A stretch of 64,000 bases of DNA from Bacteroidales bacterium (GCA_019429365.1 JAHYJD010000003.1:30689-94688), one strand, 5' to 3'; shown: positions 46,742 to 56,135, counted from the stretch's first letter. A program made the numbers and translations. The notes: generated from the sequence alone by a model not told the origin.

Positions 46742-47311
46742 ATGAAAACCACGAAAATCCTTTTAACCGCTTTTATTACCATTGTTTTTTCAATGACAGC
46801 CTTTAGCCAGGCAGGTGATCGGCTGGTAAGCAGCAAATCACACATTAAATTCTTCTCCACCACCCCTGCAGAAGACATTGAAGCGAATAACTATTCAAGT
46901 ACCAGCACCATTAATACATCCAATGGCAATGTGGTATTTTCAGTGCCTATGCAGGGATTTGAATTCCCTAAAGCCCTAATGCAAAGGCATTTTAATAATT
47001 CCGACTTCCTGGACACCAAACAATTTCCAAATGCCAGGTTTGTTGGAAAGATTGTAAACCTTGATCAGGTAGATTTTTCGGCCAATGGCACCTACAACGC
47101 ACAGGTGGAAGGCGAAATGACCATAAAAGGAGTAACCAAGCCTATTCGCGAAAGAGGAACCATTACCGTGAGGGGAAATTCCATTGAGATAAACAGCAAG
47201 TTTAACCTTACCCTGGCTGATTATGGAATTGAATTTGTTAAAGGCAAACCGGCCAGCAATATTGCCAAGACCGTAGAGGTGACCTTTGTTGGTGAATATC
47301 AAAAACAATAA
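46742..47311 (+). CDS. YceI-family periplasmic polyisoprenoid-binding protein
   Basis: Signal peptide, then SHIKFFSTTPAEDIEANN...MTIKGVTKPI. Confidence 0.75.
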   Translation: MKTTKILLTAFITIVFSMTAFSQAGDRLVSSKSHIKFFSTTPAEDIEANNYSSTSTINTSNGNVVFSVPMQGFEFPKALMQRHFNNSDFLDTKQFPNARFVGKIVNLDQVDFSANGTYNAQVEGEMTIKGVTKPIRERGTITVRGNSIEINSKFNLTLADYGIEFVKGKPASNIAKTVEVTFVGEYQKQ

Positions 47312-47318
47312 AATAACT

Positions 47319-47364
47319 AAATGGGTGTTGCGCCTCGTCTGGTGCTTCACCCATTTCTTTTTTT
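47319..47364 (+). terminator. Probable rho-independent terminator after yceI-like gene
   Basis: AAATGGGTG (47319-47327) pairs with CACCCATTT (47348-47356) and is followed by CTTTTTTT. The loop is long (20 nt). Confidence 0.5.
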
Positions 47365-47376
47365 AGCTTGATCAAT

Positions 47377-47889
47377 ATGACACGTATTTTACTTCCTGCT
47401 TTCTTCCTGATTTTTATTCTTGTTTTACCTTCTAAGGCTAATCATCCGCAACAAGATCAACTATTGTTTTTAATTAACCGAAGTGTGGACAGAAATGAAG
47501 TTCATTACGTTGTAAACCTGGATAAATCTGGCTTCTTAGATAAGCACCAGCCTGTCAAAGTTTTTTGGGTCAAGCACGAAGAAAAAGGCCAAAGAGAGCC
47601 ATTAACCAGAATTCAGAATAAGTTTTCATATGGGCTTGAATTTATTCATGTAGATAGAGAAAAGGCCACTTTCAGGATAATTGCCCAGGACCAGCTTTTT
47701 GAGGTTTCAAAGGGTGCTAATGGGCGATTTAGGGCTGTGGCCCTGAAACCGAATGCCCAAGTGGTAGTTGAAAGAATTTTTGTACAAATTGATGGGGGTT
47801 CATTTTTGGTACCCAAAGTTTCAAAGGTTGAAATAAAAGGTTTTACTTTGGAAACTGGTAAATATTTTGTTGAAGCCCTGAAGCCTTAA
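47377..47889 (+). CDS. Secreted hypothetical protein (DUF4833-like)
   Basis: ATG 47377 (MTRILLPAFFLIFILVLPSKA). LFLINRSVDRNEVHYVVN resembles the DUF4833 family as I remember it. Confidence 0.45.
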   Translation: MTRILLPAFFLIFILVLPSKANHPQQDQLLFLINRSVDRNEVHYVVNLDKSGFLDKHQPVKVFWVKHEEKGQREPLTRIQNKFSYGLEFIHVDREKATFRIIAQDQLFEVSKGANGRFRAVALKPNAQVVVERIFVQIDGGSFLVPKVSKVEIKGFTLETGKYFVEALKP

Positions 47890-47916
47890 CCTGAAAACAA
47901 TTTAATTTTTTTTACC

Positions 47917-48582
47917 ATGACAAAATCATTGCCTCGCTCAGTCAATTATATAATAGAAGCACTCAATAAAACGGAAGTCATAGATAATAATATCCTTCCG
48001 GAGATTATTGAATCGGCCGGGCTGAAAGAAGAAGATCTTTTGCCCTTTAACAGCTTTCTGCATCCTGAAAGTGAGAGTTATGGTCGCTATCAGATATATG
48101 GCAATGACCGGTATAAGATTTTGTTGATGTCATGGCGGCCAGGCGATTTCACCGCCATTCACGATCATGGACTGGTTGAATGGGGTTGTGTCTGCTTCTT
48201 TGGTAAAACCACTCATCGGACCTATGCGTTTCAGGATGGACAACTTCGATTGAGTAAATGCGATGTTTTTGAAGCAGGACAGATTAGTTTGCTGAAAGGA
48301 GAACTTACCCACATGATGGGAAATGGAAGCAGTGCGAATATTATTACCCTTCACATTTATGGCGCGGATTCAGGTGTCGCTTTTAAAGAAGGACTGGCAA
48401 AAGTTTATGCTCCTGAGGAAAAAAAACTTTTTTATACTTCAGGAGAAGCTTATCTCGACATTTGCCATCGATTCGTTAAACACGAAGAAGATTTTTTTGC
48501 CTTTGATAAAGAAACTGTTTTTGACTACATAAGACTCACCAAATCTTTTTTCCTCAAAAGGAGAAGATTGATTCAAATTTAA
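47917..48582 (+). CDS. Cysteine dioxygenase type I-like cupin (thiol dioxygenase family)
   Basis: LMSWRPGDFTAIHDHG...LTHMMGNGSSANIITLHIYG matches the CDO pattern W-x-PGQ-x-x-x-IHDH ... H-x-V-x-N ... SLH-x-Y (3-His metal site). Confidence 0.65.
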   Translation: MTKSLPRSVNYIIEALNKTEVIDNNILPEIIESAGLKEEDLLPFNSFLHPESESYGRYQIYGNDRYKILLMSWRPGDFTAIHDHGLVEWGCVCFFGKTTHRTYAFQDGQLRLSKCDVFEAGQISLLKGELTHMMGNGSSANIITLHIYGADSGVAFKEGLAKVYAPEEKKLFYTSGEAYLDICHRFVKHEEDFFAFDKETVFDYIRLTKSFFLKRRRLIQI

Positions 48583-48602
48583 AATACCTTGACCCTGAAA
48601 AA

Positions 48603-49235
48603 ATGTTGGAAATGACCTTTTTGCTTGAACAAATTTTTGCACCCTTGTTGATTGGTTTTTTTGCTGCAACTGTTGGTGCCTTGCCTTTTGGGCTGGTTAA
48701 CCTTAATGTGGTAAGATTAGCTCTTCTGGGTCAGAAAAGGTATGCCGTAAAGGTGATCCATGGCGCTGCTTTTATTGAAGTGCTTTACGGATTTTTTGCC
48801 ATTCTTGCCGGCAGTGCCGTTTTTGTTCTTACTGAAGGCAACAACTGGGTTAATGCAATGGTTGTTGTGGTTCTTTTGGTTGCAGGTTTGTATTTCTTTA
48901 CTAAGAAACCTGGCTCAAAAGTTCAGGGTAATAACCAAAACCATGGTTTCTTTTATGGGGCCCTGTTGAATTTGCTTAGCGTACAGGTGTTTTTTTACTG
49001 GATCATTGCCCTGGTTTTTATTCATTCAAGAAATGTGATTACCTTCGATATCCCATCAATAATGGTTTTTGTTTTTGGCCTCTGGTTAGGTAAGATCACC
49101 ACTTTATTGGGGTACTTTTATTTCAGTAATAAGATACTTTCACGTTCACAGTTTTTTGAAAAAAACATTAATCGTGTCATTGGGGCAATTCTCCTGGCAG
49201 CAAGCGTTTTGCAAGGGGTTAAAATAACCCTCTAA
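48603..49235 (+). CDS. LysE/RhtB-family amino-acid (or metabolite) exporter
   Basis: 210 aa with about 6 TM helices. N-terminal GALPFGLVNLNVV segment typical of the family. Confidence 0.6.
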   Translation: MLEMTFLLEQIFAPLLIGFFAATVGALPFGLVNLNVVRLALLGQKRYAVKVIHGAAFIEVLYGFFAILAGSAVFVLTEGNNWVNAMVVVVLLVAGLYFFTKKPGSKVQGNNQNHGFFYGALLNLLSVQVFFYWIIALVFIHSRNVITFDIPSIMVFVFGLWLGKITTLLGYFYFSNKILSRSQFFEKNINRVIGAILLAASVLQGVKITL

Positions 49236-49449
49236 ATCATAAAAAAATAGCGGCAACCACTTTGCCTTTGCATGGTTTGCTTTTCATCCCGAAAGTGAAA
49301 TATACGGGCAACCATAAAATACTTGCTACTCCCGAAAATTAATTTCATTTAAGCTGTTTGTTTTCCCTGGCAGCTCACCACCAATAGGTCATACCGCTTC
49401 TTCTGTTACGGTCGGGCAGGCAAACGGCTTTTTCGATTAATGAAAAATT

Positions 49450-49475
49450 TGTCAGGATTTGATCTTAGGGCGTCT
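49450..49475 (+). promoter_or_regulatory. Candidate ECF-type promoter P3
   Basis: TGTCAGGATT (49450-49459), then CGTCT (49471-49475). 14-nt spacing. Intergenic, 88-127 nt upstream of the OM-barrel gene. Confidence 0.5.
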
Positions 49476-49601
49476 ATTTTTTTGAAACATTTTTTTAGGC
49501 AAAGGCGGGTATAAAAATTTCCTTTTAATAACGCCAATTGATGCGTCAAGTTTATCCACCCAATGACTTGCAAAATCATGTGTTTTAGAAAGAGTCTGGC
49601 C

Positions 49602-50645
49602 ATGAGAAAATCAAAACATACTCAAATTTACAGTAAAGAAAGGCAATCAGGATTCGGGGTGAAAGCCCAGTTTTTCCTTGCAATAGTATTTTCCTTTGTA
49701 TTATGGTTTGTAAATGAAAGGGCATATTCTCAGGCCTGCTGCTCAGGTGGTGTTCCGTTAGGGGGTAGTTTGGGCCTGGGTACGGCTGAGCGCAAATCCA
49801 TTCAATTTCTTGTTACTTATGATTTCAATGCCATTAACGACTTAATGGATGGTTCAAGACGCTTGTCCGATGATACCCGTAGCAGGACGACCCATTCTTC
49901 TATCCTTGAAATTAATTACGGGTTAACGTCACGCTTTTCCATTGCAGGGGTGTTTCCGCTTATTCGCCAGGAACGCGACATAAACGCCTATGCTGGAGCC
50001 AGGGATTTTACAGCTACCCAAGGATTGGGCGATGTGGCCATGCTTTTCAAGATTCGTGTTTTAAATCCTGAAAAGAAATCAGACTGGGAAGGAGTGGTTG
50101 GTGCCGGCCCTAAGTTTCCAACAGGAAGAACTACATTTACTAACAACCTGGGCCTGGCCTTGCCTGCTGATTTGCAACCTGGCTCTGGCTCATGGGATGG
50201 TTTGTTCTGGAGTTTTTTTCAGAAACGCAATGTCTCCCATCCCAACCTAAGCATAATGGGGGTTGCAACCATGCGGATTACGGGTGAGAATAAAAATTAC
50301 AACCAAACCCAGGTGTATCAGTTTGGCAATGAATTTCAGTTTAATCTGGGTGGCAACTATTCAGCTTACCTGCAATGGCCCCTGGATATTTTTGCCTGGT
50401 TCAGATACCGTAACCAGGCCGAGGACTTTATTGATGGGAGTGCTTTTCCAGGTTCAGGGGGGCAATGGGTATATTTCATCCCGGGCGTCAATATCCATTT
50501 CCTCGACAACCTGTCTTTCCGCCTTTCAGGTGATATCCCATTATACAGGCAACTCAACGGAACCCAACTGACTACCAGTTACCGGATAACCTTATCCCTT
50601 TCGTATAATTTGCCTTTGCACAATGAATCATTAATCTTTAATTAA
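49602..50645 (+). CDS. Outer-membrane beta-barrel protein with N-terminal Cys-Cys motif
   Basis: Signal peptide ...FVLWFVNERAYSQ, then ACCSGGVPLGG at the predicted mature N-terminus. Alternating beta pattern to the end. The start may be 49563, 49578 or 49602. Confidence 0.6.
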   Translation: MRKSKHTQIYSKERQSGFGVKAQFFLAIVFSFVLWFVNERAYSQACCSGGVPLGGSLGLGTAERKSIQFLVTYDFNAINDLMDGSRRLSDDTRSRTTHSSILEINYGLTSRFSIAGVFPLIRQERDINAYAGARDFTATQGLGDVAMLFKIRVLNPEKKSDWEGVVGAGPKFPTGRTTFTNNLGLALPADLQPGSGSWDGLFWSFFQKRNVSHPNLSIMGVATMRITGENKNYNQTQVYQFGNEFQFNLGGNYSAYLQWPLDIFAWFRYRNQAEDFIDGSAFPGSGGQWVYFIPGVNIHFLDNLSFRLSGDIPLYRQLNGTQLTTSYRITLSLSYNLPLHNESLIFN

Positions 50646-50656
50646 AACCGACCATT

Positions 50657-51700
50657 ATGAGAACTTTAATTATATCCTCCATGGCTTTTTTGCTTTTTTT
50701 AAGTAGCTGCCAGGATGAAGTAATGACCAATAACCCACCCATGGGTTCCAGTCAATGGCTGGTTCCCAGGGACGAAGTGCTTGACGGTGGCCCAGGAAAG
50801 GACGGGATTCCCGCCATTGACAACCCCCAATTTGTCAATGTGGCTGCAGTGCAATTTTTAACCGACGACGATCTTATCCTTGGCTTTGCCGATGGAGAGG
50901 ATATACGTGCCTACCCCCATCCGATCCTGAATTGGCACGAGATTGTAAATGACGATACCCAAAACCATTCTATTGCGGTAATTTACTGCCCGCTCACCGG
51001 AACAGGAATTGGCTGGGACAGGATGGTGAAAAATACCAAAACCACGTTTGGCGTTTCTGGGCTATTATATAATTCCAATATCATTCCTTACGACAGGCTT
51101 ACCGACAGTAACTGGTCGCAACTGATGATGCGTTCTATAAACGGCGAAATGATTGGAGCCCAGCCCAATTCTTATAGCTTGATTGAAACCACCTGGAAGA
51201 CCTGGAGGCAGTTGTACCCAAATTCAAAAGTATTGTCAACGAATACTGGATTTAACCGAAACTACGAAAATTATCCTTATGGGAGCTATAGATCTGGGGC
51301 GCACCTCATTTTTCCTGTTAATCATACCGATGATCGTCTGCACCCCAAAGAAAGGGTCCTGGCCGCATTTTTTGGTGACAGGCTTATAGCCTATACTTTT
51401 GAACTGTTTGATGAGAACCTCTCTATTGTAAATGATGAGTTCGTGGTAGCTGGAAGCCGTGATTTGAACCTGATGGTGGCATTCAGAAGGGTGCTGGATG
51501 GCACAACACTTGAATTTTCACCCTTACAGGATCAATTGCCCGTGATCATGCAGGACAATGAAGGAAATCAGTGGGATATTTTTGGAAGGGCTGTAACGGG
51601 TCCCCGCCAGGGCCAATCGCTCAGCCAACCAACACAAATGATGGGGTACTGGTTTGCTTTCGCGGCATTTTATCCGGATCTGCAGCTTTTTGAACCCTGA
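50657..51700 (+). CDS. DUF3179-family lipoprotein
   Basis: Lipobox FLLFLSSC. DGIPAIDNPQF...YPHPILNWHEIVND...VIYCPLTGTG resembles the DUF3179 signature. Confidence 0.6.
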   Translation: MRTLIISSMAFLLFLSSCQDEVMTNNPPMGSSQWLVPRDEVLDGGPGKDGIPAIDNPQFVNVAAVQFLTDDDLILGFADGEDIRAYPHPILNWHEIVNDDTQNHSIAVIYCPLTGTGIGWDRMVKNTKTTFGVSGLLYNSNIIPYDRLTDSNWSQLMMRSINGEMIGAQPNSYSLIETTWKTWRQLYPNSKVLSTNTGFNRNYENYPYGSYRSGAHLIFPVNHTDDRLHPKERVLAAFFGDRLIAYTFELFDENLSIVNDEFVVAGSRDLNLMVAFRRVLDGTTLEFSPLQDQLPVIMQDNEGNQWDIFGRAVTGPRQGQSLSQPTQMMGYWFAFAAFYPDLQLFEP

Positions 51701-51753
51701 GGAAGGCAGAAAAATTGTAACTTCATTCATTGGAAATACTAAAAATAAGCAAA

Positions 51754-52179
51754 ATGAAAGTAAAAAAGATTATTCCTTTGTTGTTTGTATTCATGTTCCT
51801 TTCCTTGAATATTAAGGCACAAAGTTCAACAGTTGAAGCAAACCACGATCATCTGGTCATAGTATGGACCAGCGACGACCCCTACATTGCCGAACGTATG
51901 GTTTTAATGTATGCTCATGCATCCAAAACCGCTGGATGGTTTGATGAAGTTACCCTTATCATCTGGGGCCCATCGGCCAAAATGGTTGCCGAGAACCTCA
52001 AAATACAGGAAAAACTGAAGGCCATGCAGCAAGACGGTGTGGAAATCAGGGCATGCATTGTTTGTGCCAACATGTATGATGTAACGGAAGAGCTCAAAGC
52101 CATGGGATTTGATGTGCAGGGAATGGGGAAACCCCTGACGGAATATCTGAAAGGCGGCGCCAAAGTTTTGACTTTCTGA
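51754..52179 (+). CDS. Secreted DsrE/DsrF-like family protein (periplasmic paralogue)
   Basis: ATG 51754 gives MKVKKIIPLLFVFMFLSLNIKAQ (signal peptide). RACIVCANMYDV motif and a ...KVLTF end, paralleling ORF 45761. Confidence 0.55.
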   Translation: MKVKKIIPLLFVFMFLSLNIKAQSSTVEANHDHLVIVWTSDDPYIAERMVLMYAHASKTAGWFDEVTLIIWGPSAKMVAENLKIQEKLKAMQQDGVEIRACIVCANMYDVTEELKAMGFDVQGMGKPLTEYLKGGAKVLTF

Positions 52180-52181
52180 TC

Positions 52182-52859
52182 ATGTCATCAAACCTTAAAC
52201 CTGCCGTCCTTTCTCTGGAGAAATTCAAAGAGATGGACTACCAGGCGGTGGAGAAGTATCAGCTTCCCATTGAATTGATGATGGAAAACGCTGGCCTTCA
52301 ATTGGCCCGGCTTGTTTCAACTTGCGCGAAAGAAAAGGCCAAAGTACTTGTTGGAGTTGGAAAGGGTAACAATGGTGGTGGTGGGTTGGTGGCTGCCCGG
52401 AGGCTTGCAGGATGGGGTTTCAGGGTTTTCCTTCACTTGCCCGAAAAAGATTTGAAGCCTCTTCCGGCATTGCAATTGTCAAGGGCGCTTGCTTTCGGAG
52501 TAAATCCTGAACCCATTCCTGACCCCGATATATTTGTGGAGGCCTACCTTGGCTTTTCACAACGGCTGCCCCTGTCAGCACCTGTTTTTGAAGCGGTTGA
52601 AAAAGCAAACCATTTGCAATGCCTTAAAATCTCGCTTGACCTCCCGACGGGTTTTGATATCAATACCGGTGAAAGCATTTTCAAACCCGACATAATCCTC
52701 ACGCTCGCTGCCATGAAAAAAGAATTGTTACTTCCTGGTGTATCTGCTCAATTGTATGTTGCAGACCTTGGGATCCCAGCTAGCCTTTACCAAAATTTTG
52801 GCGTTCAGCAACCCCGGGAATTTAAAGTTTCTGGTATTTTTAAATTTTCAGGAAAATAA
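52182..52859 (+). CDS. NAD(P)H-hydrate epimerase (YjeF N-terminal domain only)
   Basis: VLVGVGKGNNGGGGLVAARRL and the DLPTG motif. 225 aa stand-alone domain. Confidence 0.75.
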   Translation: MSSNLKPAVLSLEKFKEMDYQAVEKYQLPIELMMENAGLQLARLVSTCAKEKAKVLVGVGKGNNGGGGLVAARRLAGWGFRVFLHLPEKDLKPLPALQLSRALAFGVNPEPIPDPDIFVEAYLGFSQRLPLSAPVFEAVEKANHLQCLKISLDLPTGFDINTGESIFKPDIILTLAAMKKELLLPGVSAQLYVADLGIPASLYQNFGVQQPREFKVSGIFKFSGK

Positions 52860-52878
52860 AATACTTCAGCATAAAATC

Positions 52879-52904
52879 TGTCAGGATTTCCTTTCATGAC
52901 GACA
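52879..52904 (+). promoter_or_regulatory. Candidate ECF-type promoter P4 in front of the pentose-phosphate operon
   Basis: TGTCAGGATT (52879-52888), identical to the P3 10-mer, then CGACA (52900-52904). 14-nt spacing. 46 nt upstream of ATG 52950. Confidence 0.45.
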
Positions 52905-52949
52905 ATATGCATAAAACAGGGTCAATTTGTTCATTTAAAAAAATTAAAG

Positions 52950-53846
52950 ATGAAAATTGGATTTATTGGATTAGGAAAAATGGGTTTCAATATGGTTCAT
53001 CGTTTGTTAAAAAACGGCCACGAAGTGGTTGTCTGGGACCGCTCTGATGAGACCATTAAAGAAATGGAAAAACTGGGAGCGCAAGGCGCCGCATCGCTCG
53101 ATGATCTGGTGTCGAAGTTACCCGAAAGGAAAGCCGTGTGGCTGATGGTGCCTGCCGGCAAACCGGTTGATGAAAACCTCGCGGCTTTGCTTAAGCTTCT
53201 GAATAAAAATGATATCATCATCGATGGGGGTAACTCTTACTGGAAAGAATCTCAGCAACGCGCTCAAAAAGCAGAAGAACAAGGTGTTCACTTCCTTGAT
53301 GTAGGAACCAGTGGGGGCGTATGGGGTCTGCAAAACGGCTATTGCCTGATGTATGGTGGCAATGGAGAAGCCGCTGCTTTTTTGGAGCCTGTTTTTAAAA
53401 CCCTGGCGCCAGAAAGCGGGTATGTATATTGCGGCCCATCAGGAACCGGACACCTGGTAAAAATGGTTCACAATGGCATCGAATATGGTATGATGCAGGC
53501 TTATGCAGAAGGTTTTGAAATCCTTGAAAAATCTCCATATAAAATTGATATTGCCAAAGTTGCGAATGCATGGCGATATGGCAGCGTGGTACGATCGTGG
53601 CTGCTCGACCTGGCCGTAAATGCCCTCGAAGAAGATCCGGGGCTTGATAAGCTGGAGCCGTTCGTGCAGGATAGCGGAGAAGGAAGGTGGACGGTTCAAA
53701 CTGCCATTGACTTTGATGTGCCGGCACATGTAATCACCGCTTCTTTGTTTACCCGATTTCAGTCGAGGCAGAAGGACTCTTTTGCCATGAAAATGCTTGC
53801 GGCTTTAAGAAATCAGTTTGGTGGCCATGCCGTAAAAACCAAGTAA
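52950..53846 (+). CDS. gnd: 6-phosphogluconate dehydrogenase, short (YqeC/Gnd-like) form
   Basis: MKIGFIGLGKMGFNMVHRLLKNGHEVVVWDRS...GHLVKMVHNGIEYGMMQ. The ORF-track start at 52896 would include the promoter-like motif. Confidence 0.85.
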   Translation: MKIGFIGLGKMGFNMVHRLLKNGHEVVVWDRSDETIKEMEKLGAQGAASLDDLVSKLPERKAVWLMVPAGKPVDENLAALLKLLNKNDIIIDGGNSYWKESQQRAQKAEEQGVHFLDVGTSGGVWGLQNGYCLMYGGNGEAAAFLEPVFKTLAPESGYVYCGPSGTGHLVKMVHNGIEYGMMQAYAEGFEILEKSPYKIDIAKVANAWRYGSVVRSWLLDLAVNALEEDPGLDKLEPFVQDSGEGRWTVQTAIDFDVPAHVITASLFTRFQSRQKDSFAMKMLAALRNQFGGHAVKTK

Positions 53847-53847
53847 G

Positions 53848-55383
53848 ATGAAAGGGAATAACAATAAAACCGAGAACCAGCTATTGGTCATCTTCGGGGC
53901 CACCGGTGACCTGAACAAACGCAAGCTCATGCCCTCGCTTTATGCCCTGGATGTTTTGAACCTGTTGCCTGAAAAACTCGCAATAGTCGGGTCAGGTCGG
54001 ACTGTACTCACTGATGAGGAATTCCGGCATTCTATGATTGTTGCCATCAGGGAATTTTCAAAAGAAAAAGACCTCAGCAAAGTGGAAGCATTTGCGAGCA
54101 GGCTTTTTTATCAGACCGTTAACCCATCAAAGGTTGATGATTTTCAAATTCTGAATAAACGGCTTGAAAGCCTGCGCGAGCAACTGGAAATCGGTAGCCA
54201 AAACATTATCTTTTATTTATCAACGCCACCCAGTCTTTACGAAATCATTCCGCAAGGCTTGGCAGCCGCCGGACTCAATAATGAAGAAAAAGGATGGAAA
54301 CGGCTGATTGTGGAAAAACCTTTTGGTTACGATCTGGAAGGGGCAGAAAAACTGAATACAAGCCTGCAGAAAAACTGGAACGAAGAACAAATATTCCGAA
54401 TTGACCATTACCTGGGGAAGGAAACAGTTCAAAACGTGATGGTTACCCGATTTTCAAATGGCATTTTTGAACCATTGTGGAACCGTAATTTTATCCATCA
54501 TGTGGAAATTACATCCGCCGAGAATTTTGGGGTGGGTCAGCGTGGCGGATACTATGAGGGATCGGGTGCTTTGCGCGATATGGTTCAAAACCACCTGCTG
54601 CAGCTTGTCAGCCTAATAGCCATGGAGCCGCCTGCATCTATTGATGCCAACGCCATTAGAAATGAAACCGTAAAGGTGCTTCAATCGCTGCGTCCAATCA
54701 GCGAAGACAAGGTTGGCAGTGTTGCCATTCGCGGGCAATATGTGGAATCACAGATTCAGGGAGCGCATATAAAAGGCTACCGTGAAGAAGCAGGAGTGGA
54801 TCCGGCTTCAAAAACGGAGACCTTTGCTGCGTTGAAGTTTTATATCGATAACTGGCGCTGGGGTGGGGTTCCTTTTTATATCCGCACCGGCAAGCATCTA
54901 CCCACAAAGGTAACCGAAGCGGTCATTCACTTCAAGCCTACTCCCCACCACTTGTTTGCACAAAAAGGATCGTGCGACACCTGTAACCAGCTGATTATTC
55001 GTATTCAACCCGATGAGGGTATTCTGATAAGATTTGCCATGAAAACGCCGGGCGCGGGGTTTCGTGTAGAAAATGTGAGTATGGATTTTCATTATTCCGA
55101 CCTTTCGAATGTTCGGATTCCTGATGCCTACGAGCGCCTTTTACTCGACAGTATGACCGGTGACTCTACGCTGTATGCACGCATTGATGCCGTAATGGCT
55201 GCCTGGAAATTTATTGCTCCGATTCAAAATGCATGGAAAAACAATCCTGAGATACCGGTTTACGGATATCCGGCAGGTAGTTGGGGGCCAGATGTAGCCG
55301 ACAACCTGATCGAAGAACCTGAAATGACCTGGAGGCATCCATGTGCAGCACTTACCAGCGATGAAAACTTCTGTAAATTATGA
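53848..55383 (+). CDS. zwf: Glucose-6-phosphate 1-dehydrogenase
   Basis: VIFGATGDLNKRKLMPSLY and the active-site motif RIDHYLGKE. Confidence 0.95.
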   Translation: MKGNNNKTENQLLVIFGATGDLNKRKLMPSLYALDVLNLLPEKLAIVGSGRTVLTDEEFRHSMIVAIREFSKEKDLSKVEAFASRLFYQTVNPSKVDDFQILNKRLESLREQLEIGSQNIIFYLSTPPSLYEIIPQGLAAAGLNNEEKGWKRLIVEKPFGYDLEGAEKLNTSLQKNWNEEQIFRIDHYLGKETVQNVMVTRFSNGIFEPLWNRNFIHHVEITSAENFGVGQRGGYYEGSGALRDMVQNHLLQLVSLIAMEPPASIDANAIRNETVKVLQSLRPISEDKVGSVAIRGQYVESQIQGAHIKGYREEAGVDPASKTETFAALKFYIDNWRWGGVPFYIRTGKHLPTKVTEAVIHFKPTPHHLFAQKGSCDTCNQLIIRIQPDEGILIRFAMKTPGAGFRVENVSMDFHYSDLSNVRIPDAYERLLLDSMTGDSTLYARIDAVMAAWKFIAPIQNAWKNNPEIPVYGYPAGSWGPDVADNLIEEPEMTWRHPCAALTSDENFCKL

Positions 55384-56111
55384 GCACCAGATCCATCCAT
55401 GTTTTCCCTGCAGTAAATGATTTGGCTGCATTCTTTGCCGATCTGTTAAGCAAAGAGATGGCGCGTTTGAAAACCGGAGAATTCTTTTCTCTGGCACTTT
55501 CGGGGGGCTCCACTCCCAAAGCCGTTTTTGAATACCTGTCACAGCATAAGCAGCACATCCCATGGCAGCGCCTTCAGCTATTTTGGGGTGATGAACGGTG
55601 TGTGCCTCCAGAACATCCTGAAAGCAACTACAATATGGTCCAAAACAGTCTGCTTCGCCATATTTCCATACCAAGTGGCCACATCTTCAGAATAAAAGGG
55701 GAGGCTGAACCTCAAGCTGAGTCTGTACGCTACGCTGAAACCATAGTGGAAAAGATCCCTTCGGTAAATAAGGTGCCTCGCTTTGACCTGGTCATGCTGG
55801 GGATGGGCGAAGATGGCCATACGGCATCTTTATTTCCGGGCAATATCAATGTCGGGGGCAGCCAAAGTTTGTTTGAAGTGGCAACGCATCCGGTATCGGG
55901 TCAGCGCAGGATCACGGCCACCCTCGAGCTGATCAATAATGCCAAAACAATCGTTTTTCTGGTAACCGGCCAGTCGAAAGCCGAAATGCTTTCGCGAATA
56001 TTGGAAAAAAAGGAAGGCTGGGAACGGTATCCTGCTTCAATGGTTAAGGCCAATCATGGAAAAGTATTATGGCTGACAGACAATGCGGCTGCCTCAAAAC
56101 TTAAAATTTAA
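55380..56111 (+). CDS. pgl: 6-phosphogluconolactonase
   Basis: LALSGGSTP...LFWGDERCVP...GMGEDGHTASLFPG. Has a 4-nt ATGA overlap with zwf. Confidence 0.9.
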   Translation: MSTRSIHVFPAVNDLAAFFADLLSKEMARLKTGEFFSLALSGGSTPKAVFEYLSQHKQHIPWQRLQLFWGDERCVPPEHPESNYNMVQNSLLRHISIPSGHIFRIKGEAEPQAESVRYAETIVEKIPSVNKVPRFDLVMLGMGEDGHTASLFPGNINVGGSQSLFEVATHPVSGQRRITATLELINNAKTIVFLVTGQSKAEMLSRILEKKEGWERYPASMVKANHGKVLWLTDNAAASKLKI

Positions 56112-56135
56112 CCTATCGCTAATCATTAAGCAAAA

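Noticed and set aside
49236-49449. Possible riboswitch or sRNA in the 327-nt gap before the OM-barrel gene
   Set aside because: I saw no recognisable conserved riboswitch core (for example a B12 box or SAM or TPP motifs) by eye. A covariance-model scan (Rfam/Infernal) would be needed, so I make no claim.
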